In this document: positions 18,472 through 26,611 of the stretch, piece by piece
Layout: each line of letters begins with the position of its first letter
Numbering within the stretch: the first letter of the stretch is position 1
DNA from: a bacterium
GTDB lineage: Bacteria > Patescibacteriota > Doudnabacteria > UBA920
NCBI GenBank assembly: GCA_016699995.1
Contig: CP064996.1
Span: 626,963 to 690,962 of the forward strand
Direction of reading: 5' to 3'
DNA length: 64,000 nt
Position numbers and translations under genes: made by a program
Notes under the pieces: generated by a model
What the model was told of the DNA's origin: nothing
The model's database searches: none
What the model saw: only the letters and a program-made list of their open reading frames with translations

Positions 18472-18738
18472 ATGATCGAAGAAAATGACAATGCTAATGG
18501 TCTCACTAAAACAATTACCGTCAAAATGGGATCCTACCCGGGGGGCAAGGTTAAACCCTACACCTTTCCCGAGGGCACCGATTATGGCGAAGCACTTCGT
18601 CAGGCCAACTTGACGCGAGGCAATAACGTTGAGGCTCTCGATATTCGAGTTAACGGCCAGAAGATCAGCAGCCCCGATGCTCTGATCGAAGAAGGAGATC
18701 AAATTCTCGTCTTCGAGAACATCCGAGGCAATAATTAA
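18472..18738 (+). CDS. ubiquitin-like beta-grasp protein (ThiS/MoaD-like), C-terminus ...ENIRGNN
   Basis: 88 aa. RBS AGGAGGAAAGAAATG. KTITVKMG...VNGQKISSPDALIEEGDQILVFENIRG resembles ThiS/MoaD/Ubl sequences ending at a Gly. Two residues (NN) follow the Gly. Confidence 0.55.
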   Translation: MIEENDNANGLTKTITVKMGSYPGGKVKPYTFPEGTDYGEALRQANLTRGNNVEALDIRVNGQKISSPDALIEEGDQILVFENIRGNN

Positions 18739-18765
18739 ATTCAAACGCTCGAAAGAGCACTTACA

Positions 18766-18794
18766 CAAAGCACGGTTTACTGTGCTTTTTTTAT
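18766..18794 (+). terminator. rho-independent terminator of Ubl operon
   Basis: AAAGCACGG-ttta-CTGTGCTTT followed by TTTTTTATTT. Confidence 0.7.
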
Positions 18795-18914
18795 TTGCAG
18801 GTCTTGGAGGCTGGTTATGCTAAAATATAGCTATTAGCTTGCTACATTCAAACAAAATCCGCATAATACTAATCTTCTTCGGACCTGTAACAAAGCCCCT
18901 CTTAGCTCGTCTAT

Positions 18915-19469
18915 ATGAATGAACATACAAACATAAATCCTAATATTATAGTGCTCGCAAAGTCCGGAGCCCAAGAGGCTCTGGCCGATATCTACGAAGC
19001 GTATTACATGCGGGTCTACCGATTTGTGTTCTACCGGGTCAGTCATAAAGAGACGGCCGAAGATATCACGGAAGATGTGTTCATTAAGGCATTTGCGAGC
19101 CTCAAAAACCTTGAAAAAGTAGAAGCTTTCGAAGGATGGCTATTCCAGATTGCCCGCAACATGGTCATCGACTATTACCGAAAAAAGAAGCAGCTCGTTC
19201 CCCTGGACAGTATAGAAAACACCCTAGAATACGATACTAATATAGTTGAGATCATAAACCTACAGATTGAGCAGTCGATACTCATCAAACTGCTAAAAGA
19301 GCTAAACGACGAACAACAATCGGTAATTAAGATGAAGTACTTTGACGAACTCGACAACTCCACCATCGCTACCGTCCTTAATAAAACAGAAGGCGCAATC
19401 CGAGTAATCCAACATCGCGCCATTGCGAAACTTAAAGACATCTTTGACGACACCATCTCCAAACAATAA
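18915..19469 (+). CDS. ECF-type RNA polymerase sigma factor (sigma-70 regions 2 and 4)
   Basis: Region 2 YRFVFYRV...DITEDVFIKAF. Region 4 HTH NSTIATVLNKTEGAIRVIQHRAIAKLK. Confidence 0.85.
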   Translation: MNEHTNINPNIIVLAKSGAQEALADIYEAYYMRVYRFVFYRVSHKETAEDITEDVFIKAFASLKNLEKVEAFEGWLFQIARNMVIDYYRKKKQLVPLDSIENTLEYDTNIVEIINLQIEQSILIKLLKELNDEQQSVIKMKYFDELDNSTIATVLNKTEGAIRVIQHRAIAKLKDIFDDTISKQ

Positions 19470-20629
19470 TGAAGGTAATTAAATACAATTCAGGAAATTC
19501 AGATTCTCTCTCTAATGAGAATGATTTTGATTTCGTCCAGGAATTTACCCAGGAAGAAATGAAGATCGTCGAAATGCTTTCATCTATTCCTAAGTCTAAA
19601 GTCCCAACCCCGACCAAGCAATATCGTTTCGCCCAGCAAAAGCCAAGTCTGGCAAATTCCCTGCTCCAATTCCTGTCCGGCAACAAGCTTGTTACTTTTA
19701 CGGCAGTGTTTGCGTTAATGTTAGTGGGAGCTTATACTGTTGTCCAAAGCGCCGAAGACAGCTTGCCGGGGCAGCGCCTATATTCCATTAAGCGCGCCGG
19801 CGAAGAAGCCCGCATCAATCTGACCTTTAATAAAGAAAAAGCTGCCAATCTTCACTTAGCCTTAGCAGAAAAGCGACTAGAAGAAACCAAGCGGGTCATC
19901 GAGTCCAATGACCCCAAACTGGAAGCTGCCGCTATCACCGCCCTTACCAATCAAACAGAAAAGACATTCGAAGCAGTGTCCCAAATGGCTACAGCTAAGG
20001 CTGTCTCAGAAAACGATACTACTCTCCTAAGCAACCTCGTAGCAATTAATAAGCAGCAAAAGACAGTCTTGGAATCTGCGGGGAAAACCGAGCAAAGCAA
20101 AGAAACTGCAGCAGTAGCGTTATCTGCTACCAAACAGGCCAACAAGGCCATTGCTATGATGATTGCCACTGTGAATGAGCAGATCCTACTGGACTTGCCA
20201 AACAAAATCTCCATAACCGGAGATGTAACCAGCTATGCAAAAAATAAGTTGGTTATAGAGAAAAATTCCTTCATCATCAATGATGCCACTATCTTACTGG
20301 ATGAATCCGGAGATATCGTAGAAAAATATGATAAACTGGAAGGAAAAATTACAGTGATTGGCACTAAAGACAACAATACTCTAATCGCCAAGAAGATTAT
20401 CATTATCGATGGCCTAGCTTCCCTAACCCCAAGCCAGCCTCAAGTTAAGGGTACAGCTACAGTTACACCGAAGCCCGAGACAAAAGCCGCTACTCAGCCA
20501 ACTACTACTCCGACTCCGAAACCAGAAACAAAGCCAGAGCAAGAACCAAGCACCACAGAACCTCAGAAGCCTGCTCAAGCTCAAGCTGGATTCATCTTAG
20601 AGCCAAGCGACAGCCAGTACGCGCCATAA
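19469..20629 (+). CDS. membrane-anchored anti-sigma-like protein (DUF5667-like ectodomain, Pro/Thr-rich tail)
   Basis: Start overlaps the sigma stop (ATGA). Cytoplasmic N-terminus, single TM (LVTFTAVFALMLVGAYTVV). Ectodomain LYSIKRAGEEARINLTF... helical repeats. C-terminal PKPETK repeats. Confidence 0.5.
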   Translation: MKVIKYNSGNSDSLSNENDFDFVQEFTQEEMKIVEMLSSIPKSKVPTPTKQYRFAQQKPSLANSLLQFLSGNKLVTFTAVFALMLVGAYTVVQSAEDSLPGQRLYSIKRAGEEARINLTFNKEKAANLHLALAEKRLEETKRVIESNDPKLEAAAITALTNQTEKTFEAVSQMATAKAVSENDTTLLSNLVAINKQQKTVLESAGKTEQSKETAAVALSATKQANKAIAMMIATVNEQILLDLPNKISITGDVTSYAKNKLVIEKNSFIINDATILLDESGDIVEKYDKLEGKITVIGTKDNNTLIAKKIIIIDGLASLTPSQPQVKGTATVTPKPETKAATQPTTTPTPKPETKPEQEPSTTEPQKPAQAQAGFILEPSDSQYAP

Positions 20630-20726
20630 ATTTTCGATTTATCCTTTCTGGATCGCTGCCCATGAAACTCACGGGCAGAAATCCCGAAGCGATAGTACCT
20701 GACGATACACAAACCATCAAAAAAAC

Positions 20727-20756
20727 GAGCCTATTCTAGAGTCTGGCTCGTTTTTG
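20727..20756 (+). terminator. rho-independent terminator
   Basis: CGAGCC-tattctagagtc-TGGCTCG followed by TTTTT. Confidence 0.6.
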
Positions 20757-20771
20757 ATTTAGCTGGATTAT

Positions 20772-20780
20772 TGGTATAAT
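20772..20780 (+). promoter_or_regulatory. extended -10 element TGgTATAAT upstream of tRNA-Ser(TGA)
   Basis: TGGTATAAT at 20772-20780, 35 nt upstream of the mature tRNA 5' end. Confidence 0.4.
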
Positions 20781-20815
20781 AAACTGGTACGGAGAATACC
20801 AAAATCGAGATATAC

Positions 20816-20903
20816 GGAGAGGTCGCATAGTGGTTTAGTGCAACGGTCTTGAAAACCGTCAGGTCTCAAAGCCTCGAGGGTTCGAATCCCTCCCTCTCCG
20901 CCA
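20816..20903 (+). tRNA. tRNA-Ser (anticodon TGA), type II
   Basis: Acceptor GGAGAGG/CCTCTCC-G-CCA. Anticodon stem ACGGT/ACCGT with loop CTTGAAA. Long variable arm. T-arm GAGGG-TTCGAAT-CCCTC. The 5' 18 nt and 3' 28 nt are identical to tRNA-Ser(GCT) at 14321. Confidence 0.9.
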
Positions 20904-20931
20904 GGGATTTTTACACACTTACAAAAATAAA

Positions 20932-21408
20932 ATGCCCCCAAAACAACCCTTAAACGTTTTTGAATGGGATGCGCCGGAATTTAGGCACTACCCTAAGAAT
21001 CCTGCTTGGTACATTACCTTGCTCATTCTTGTAGCTTTGCTCATCACCTATGAGATTATTGCCAATGACTATTTTGGCGCAATAAGCTTAGCGGTTGTTG
21101 CTGGGTTTGTAATTTTCTTTGGACGCCAAATCCCTAAACAGATACCTATTCGAATCAGCGACCAAGGAATTCATATCAACAATGACCTTATTCCGTACCA
21201 GCGCATCAAGCACTTCTGGGTCGTAGATGACGCGGCGCACAAAACTTTGAATATAGAAACTACCGCTTACTTAAACCATCAACTGACAATCGAACTGGAA
21301 GATATGGATTCCGATGAAGTGCGCGAATTTTTAGCTGATGTACTGCCGGAACACGAAGAACCTCAACCCACCACAATGCAGAAAATCTCCCACCGCATTA
21401 AATTTTAA
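20932..21408 (+). CDS. hypothetical 2-TM membrane protein
   Basis: 158 aa with two hydrophobic helices (YITLLILVALLITYEII; ISLAVVAGFVIFFG). Confidence 0.5.
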   Translation: MPPKQPLNVFEWDAPEFRHYPKNPAWYITLLILVALLITYEIIANDYFGAISLAVVAGFVIFFGRQIPKQIPIRISDQGIHINNDLIPYQRIKHFWVVDDAAHKTLNIETTAYLNHQLTIELEDMDSDEVREFLADVLPEHEEPQPTTMQKISHRIKF

Positions 21409-21431
21409 ACTACAGCCACAGCTTACAGGCT

Positions 21432-23504
21432 ATGTTTACACTCAATACTAAAATCGAACGACTGCCTGGCATCGGACCAAGCTTAAAAAAGACCCTTAAC
21501 CGCTTGGGGCTTTTTTATATCGAAGATCTATTTTTCCACCTCCCTTTCCGTTATATCGACTTCTCTAAAAAGATCCCTATCGGCAAAGCCGAGCAAGGAC
21601 AGATGGTAACACTGGAAGGACAGATCCGTAACATTCAGGCGCGTCGCTCATTCCGCAGCCGCCTACAGTTTACAGAGGCGATTTTAGAAGACAGTACCGG
21701 AGACATCCACCTGATGTGGTTTAATCAGCCGTACTTAGCCAAACAATTTGCAGAAGGCGACCAGATCATAGTAGCTGGAAAGGTGGAATGGTATAACCGG
21801 AATCAATTAACCAACCCGTACTGGGAGAAGATCTCAAACACTGACAATGAAGCTCATGGAAAAATTTTGCCTATCTATCATTTGACCAAGGGAATTACAA
21901 ACCTTAGATTAGCTAAACTTATTAAAATTAGCTGGGATAACACAAAAAAGGAATTTACAGAGCTCTTAAGCGTACCTCTACTGAACAGGTTCGAACTGTC
22001 GTCGCTAAGCGAATCGGTTCAAAATCTCCACTACCCTACCGACCAAAACCAAATCAATGCCGGCCGTTTTAGAATAGCAGTTGACGACTGCTTGCCACAG
22101 CAAGTTGCATCTACCATTAAGCAGCGTGCCCTTAAAGGAACCAGAGCGCCCAAACTGAGCAATGACGTGGAAGCTATAAAAAACGCTGTCAGTAAGTTGC
22201 CATTCGAACTCACCGATAGCCAAAAACGTGCCACTTGGGACATTCTGCAAGATATGTCCAAAGGGTCGCCTATGAACCGATTATTGGAGGGAGACGTAGG
22301 CAGCGGTAAAACAGTAGTGGCCTGGCTGGCTAGTTACATGGCCGCTTTGGACGATTACCAGACTATTATCCTGGCTCCAACAGAGATACTAGCTAGTCAG
22401 CATTTTGATACTTTTATCAATCTAGCGGGTCCGATGAGCAGCCAAATTGGATTGCTCACGAGAAACTTTTGCAAAATCAACTCTGAAGACGTTCCTAGGG
22501 ATGAAATGTTAAAAAGACTTGCCACCAATGAATTAAAAATAGTGATCGGCACACATGCGCTGTTATCAGAGCATATTGATGTAGGAAAACTTGGGTTGAT
22601 CGTAATAGACGAGCAGCATCGTTTTGGCGTTGCCCAAAGAGCTTTTTTGCAAAAGACTCATGGCAACAAATCTGGCGACAACGAAGAAATCCCGCACCTA
22701 TTAAGCATGTCTGCAACACCAATTCCTCGCACGCTGGCACTTTCGCTTTTTGGAAATTTAGATATCTCGCAGCTAAATCAAATGCCAAAAAATCGCCAAA
22801 AAATTACCACCCAGCTATTTTCCGAAAGCAACCGCGCGGTGGCTTATGCTAAAATCCGCAAAGAAATAGAAAGCGGCCGACAAGCATTCATCATTACTCC
22901 CAAGGTAGAAGAATCGGACACGAAAACTAAGTCCGTAAAAGCCGAGTTCGAACGCTTAACAAAGCTTTTTCCAGAATACAAGCTAGGTCTGGTATACGGC
23001 GCTTTAAATGGAGAAGAAAAAGATAAAGTCATGAATAGTTTTGCCAATAAGGAAATCAACATACTGGTAGCCACTACCGTCATCGAGATTGGCATCGATA
23101 TGCCAAATGCAACGGTTATGCTAATTGAGGGTGCAGAAAATTTTGGTTTAGCCCAATTGCATCAGCTTCGCGGACGGGTTGGGCGCGGTAGTCACCCAAG
23201 CTACTGTTATCTCTTTACCACTACAGAGGAACACATGGAAACCAAACGGTTGAAGATATTTGAACAGATCTCGGATGGCTTTGCATTGGCTGAATACGAC
23301 CTAAAAGAAAGAGGGTTCGGGGACTTATTCGGACAGCAACAGTCCGGCTTCAATTTCCGCTTTCCCGAATTTGTAACCATAGCTGCCCTGCAGAAGGCAC
23401 ATGAAATAGCCACAGAGCTACTGGATTCTGATCCAACCCTCGCTGACTATCCTAAACTAAAAGAGTTATCTTCCCCTTATTTGCAAACAATTCATACAGA
23501 ATAA
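21432..23504 (+). CDS. recG: ATP-dependent DNA helicase RecG
   Basis: N-terminal wedge/OB domain. Helicase motifs GDVGSGKT, DEQHRFGV, SATPIPRT, QLHQLRGRVGRG. 690 aa. Confidence 0.9.
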   Translation: MFTLNTKIERLPGIGPSLKKTLNRLGLFYIEDLFFHLPFRYIDFSKKIPIGKAEQGQMVTLEGQIRNIQARRSFRSRLQFTEAILEDSTGDIHLMWFNQPYLAKQFAEGDQIIVAGKVEWYNRNQLTNPYWEKISNTDNEAHGKILPIYHLTKGITNLRLAKLIKISWDNTKKEFTELLSVPLLNRFELSSLSESVQNLHYPTDQNQINAGRFRIAVDDCLPQQVASTIKQRALKGTRAPKLSNDVEAIKNAVSKLPFELTDSQKRATWDILQDMSKGSPMNRLLEGDVGSGKTVVAWLASYMAALDDYQTIILAPTEILASQHFDTFINLAGPMSSQIGLLTRNFCKINSEDVPRDEMLKRLATNELKIVIGTHALLSEHIDVGKLGLIVIDEQHRFGVAQRAFLQKTHGNKSGDNEEIPHLLSMSATPIPRTLALSLFGNLDISQLNQMPKNRQKITTQLFSESNRAVAYAKIRKEIESGRQAFIITPKVEESDTKTKSVKAEFERLTKLFPEYKLGLVYGALNGEEKDKVMNSFANKEINILVATTVIEIGIDMPNATVMLIEGAENFGLAQLHQLRGRVGRGSHPSYCYLFTTTEEHMETKRLKIFEQISDGFALAEYDLKERGFGDLFGQQQSGFNFRFPEFVTIAALQKAHEIATELLDSDPTLADYPKLKELSSPYLQTIHTE

Positions 23505-23592
23505 TTCTGTTGACAGCTCCTGACAGTTTTGGTATAAATATCAGGTGCACCCCCTTGAGCTTGCACAATTTTAGTTAGATAGGAGAGGAAAT

Positions 23593-23832
23593 ATGAAAGG
23601 AAAGAACGGGAACGGAAAACGTAACGGCGCGGCAGAGAGAAAACAATGTTCGGGATGCTTCATACTGATGGCAGAACAGGAAACCGGCATGCAAAAAAAA
23701 TACGGCAAGTATTTCCACGCAGGACCAGTATGTATCAAAAAGTACGACCAGTATGAACAGAATCGAAAGGACAAAGAAGCCTCTCGACCGACCGCAGTGA
23801 ATGCTGCACAACCCCTTGCCTCACCCGCCTAA
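23593..23832 (+). CDS. small basic Cys-containing hypothetical protein
   Basis: 79 aa. RBS AGGAGAGGAAATATG. Cys at CSGC...C. Followed by a terminator at 23848-23878. Confidence 0.4.
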   Translation: MKGKNGNGKRNGAAERKQCSGCFILMAEQETGMQKKYGKYFHAGPVCIKKYDQYEQNRKDKEASRPTAVNAAQPLASPA

Positions 23833-23847
23833 CCCGTTTAAGAACAA

Positions 23848-23878
23848 AGAGCGACCCCCTTGTCGCTCTTTTTATTTC
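23848..23878. terminator. bidirectional rho-independent terminator
   Basis: AGAGCGAC-cccctt-GTCGCTCT plus TTTTATTT, between the small ORF and convergent radA. Confidence 0.65.
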
Positions 23879-23895
23879 GCTTGTGCCATATTAGA

Positions 23896-25194
23896 CTATT
23901 TTAAATTTTTTATAGACTTTAGGCTCTTACTATGGACAACATCGCCGAAGCCCAATTTCTTAGCTTCCTTCTGTCTCTTATCGACTTGCGATACTGTACG
24001 GACTTCTCCCAATAGGCCAATTTCCCCGAAAGCGGTAGTTTCTTTACTCCAAGCTTTGCCATTATACGAGGAAAGGATAGCCATCACCACCGGCAAATCT
24101 GCGGCTCGCTCTGTGACTTTGAAACCGCCAGCCACATTCACATAAACATCCTGATTGCTTAAGTTTATACCCAAGGTTTTTTGCATTATCGCTATCAACA
24201 GCTGCAAGCGATTTACATCGAATCCAGATGCCACCCTGCGGGGATAGCTGGCGTTGGAAGTGTTAGTTAAAGCTTGAATTTCTACCAATAAAACTTTATT
24301 GCCCTCCAGCAAGGTCGCAACGCAACTGCCAGCCAACGCCTGTCCCTTGTGCTCCAAGAACATTGCTGCCGGATTATCCACTTCTACCAAACCGACGTCG
24401 CGCATCTCGAACACACCGACTTCGCCAATGCTACCAAAACGATTCTTGCTACTGCGCAAAATTCTTAAATTACCTAAGCGCTCTCCCTCTAAATACAAAA
24501 CGCAGTCGACCATATGCTCGATTGTCTTAGGGCCGGCCAAAATCCCTTCTTTGGTAACGTGGCCAATAAGAATAATGGTGACCTGCTCAGCCTTAGCTAA
24601 ACGAATTAAAGAGTTGGTAACGTATGAAAGCTGAGCCACGCCACCTGTGACGCCGCCAGCACTGTCGCTATACATCGTCTGTACGGAATCGATAACCACA
24701 ACTTCGGGCTTTGCGGATTGGATAGCTGCAATACTTGATTCTAAATTAGTCTCGGCCAGCACCATTACATCTTGCTTTAGGCCCAAGCGATTATTGCGCA
24801 TTGCAATCTGTTGGCTCGATTCTTCTCCAGAAACATATAACGCTGTGTGTCCACTGCCGGTTAACAGGTTAGCCAGCTGGAGCGCCAATGTAGATTTTCC
24901 TATTCCTGGGTCGCCGCCTAGCAATATCACCGAACCTGTAACGAGGCCGCCGCCTAAAACTACATCTAATTCGTCTATTCCAGTTGAAATGCGAAGAACT
25001 TTACTCTGCTTTACTTCCGATAATAAAATCGGCTTAATTACAGTCGCGGAGCCACTAGCAAAAGCTGTCTTTTTTGAGGACTGAACCATCTGCTCGGTAA
25101 AGGTATTCCATTGGTCGCAAGATGGGCATTTTCCTTGCCAGCGAGGACTGTTATAGCCGCAATTTTCGCATATAAACACTGTTTTTGTTGCCAT
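23896..25194 (-). CDS. radA: DNA repair protein RadA/Sms
   Basis: N-terminal C4 zinc ribbon CENCGY...CPSC. RecA-like Walker A GGDPGIGKST. C-terminal Lon-protease-like domain. The likely start is the MATKT Met; the ORF track's start is 13 codons upstream. Confidence 0.9.
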   Translation of the reverse strand: MATKTVFICENCGYNSPRWQGKCPSCDQWNTFTEQMVQSSKKTAFASGSATVIKPILLSEVKQSKVLRISTGIDELDVVLGGGLVTGSVILLGGDPGIGKSTLALQLANLLTGSGHTALYVSGEESSQQIAMRNNRLGLKQDVMVLAETNLESSIAAIQSAKPEVVVIDSVQTMYSDSAGGVTGGVAQLSYVTNSLIRLAKAEQVTIILIGHVTKEGILAGPKTIEHMVDCVLYLEGERLGNLRILRSSKNRFGSIGEVGVFEMRDVGLVEVDNPAAMFLEHKGQALAGSCVATLLEGNKVLLVEIQALTNTSNASYPRRVASGFDVNRLQLLIAIMQKTLGINLSNQDVYVNVAGGFKVTERAADLPVVMAILSSYNGKAWSKETTAFGEIGLLGEVRTVSQVDKRQKEAKKLGFGDVVHSKSLKSIKNLK

Positions 25195-25365
25195 ATATAA
25201 ATTATACCGCAAAGCCCATAAAGGCTCTATCAATATTGCATAGAGTTTAAATTAGTAAATATACAAACAAAAAGTACTACTTTCTCACTAGTCCTCGGCC
25301 CCCCAGTAATCTCAGGTAAGGCCTGCGGAATCGTTCGAAAGCAGCACTTTTTGTTTTCTTAAAAA

Positions 25366-26499
25366 CTATCTCAAAAATAAGTAATACAGAGAGCCGTCTT
25401 GGTTATTGCGGAAGAACAATACATTGCCGTCAAAACTCAGGAACGGATCCTGCACATCTACGTTCGTTCCGGGAGCAAATTCGGTGCGGCTGCCAGACAT
25501 GTCGATCTTGTAAACCGTATCAGTGGTGATACCCTGATTAGCAGTGCCCGCTGTCGGTACACCAACAACAATTGCCGTGCTGTCTTTGGTCCACACAGCT
25601 TTGGTAGCAGAAGTCGTCACGCCCAAGCTACGGCTTTCGTTAGTGATAACGTCGAAGTAGTAAAGTTCGTAAGTAGAAGAAGAGGAGTTATACCTAGTGA
25701 ACAAAAACTTCTTGCTATCTGGCGACCAGACTACTTCCCGGTTATAACCATCGCGAATTAGAGACTTAAAAGTTTTACCGTCTGGAGTGACAGTGGTAAT
25801 GCCGTTACGGCTCATGTCCGAAGTTTGAGTCCTGTAAAAAGCAATGTGTTGACCATCCGGGGAAACACTGATGACATTGTCCGGTTCGTACAAGTCTGTG
25901 AGCAGCTGATAATTCTTTGTATCGGGATCGGAAACATTTAAAGTTGCTTTGCCGTCATTGCCAACCCATACAAAATAAATCCTGTCGCCATTAGTGTTCC
26001 AGTCTAAGCTGCGAACTTGCAGAGGCAAATCTATATAATTACCGCCATCTGGGCTATAGTAGCTCCACTTTCTGCTGGTGCCGCTTCCAGATTCTGCAAT
26101 ATAACTATTACCGACATTGGGCCACAGAATCTTGGCAATGTCGCCTTTCGCTGGAACGCTAATTTCTGTCTTATCGCTGAGCAATACAGAAGCAGTATCG
26201 ATATTCATGCTGGTGCGGAATAATTGCCCTTGTCGATTAAAATAAGCAATGCCATCGCCCTGGAAAAATAAAGCTGGACCGATTACGGATTCGTCAGTTA
26301 ATTTGGTGGCCTGCTTGTTTGTTGGCGTTTCCTCTATGGGATCTTCCTCAATTTCTGTCGGCTCCTCGACTATAACCGGAGTTTCCTCTACAACTTGTTC
26401 AGGTTCTTCTTTAGATGAACGCTGCCAAATGATAAAGCCCAGTGTTCCGACTATGAGGATAAATATCGCGCCTAAAATGGCAATTGCTCTTTTATTCAC
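25366..26499 (-). CDS. membrane-anchored TolB-like/PD40 beta-propeller protein
   Basis: N-terminal TM, acidic linker, then repeated PD40-type blades (YYSPDGGNYI, SVSPDGQHIAFY, VVWSPDSKKFLFT). Confidence 0.65.
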   Translation of the reverse strand: MNKRAIAILGAIFILIVGTLGFIIWQRSSKEEPEQVVEETPVIVEEPTEIEEDPIEETPTNKQATKLTDESVIGPALFFQGDGIAYFNRQGQLFRTSMNIDTASVLLSDKTEISVPAKGDIAKILWPNVGNSYIAESGSGTSRKWSYYSPDGGNYIDLPLQVRSLDWNTNGDRIYFVWVGNDGKATLNVSDPDTKNYQLLTDLYEPDNVISVSPDGQHIAFYRTQTSDMSRNGITTVTPDGKTFKSLIRDGYNREVVWSPDSKKFLFTRYNSSSSTYELYYFDVITNESRSLGVTTSATKAVWTKDSTAIVVGVPTAGTANQGITTDTVYKIDMSGSRTEFAPGTNVDVQDPFLSFDGNVLFFRNNQDGSLYYLFLR

Positions 26500-26611
26500 A
26501 GTGTTTTTGTTTAATTTTGTTTCAATTTGTTAGGTTTTTTACACCTATTTAGTTGTTCACTTTTGTTCATTATATCATAATATTTGCAAAAGAACAAACC
26601 AGAGAACACCC

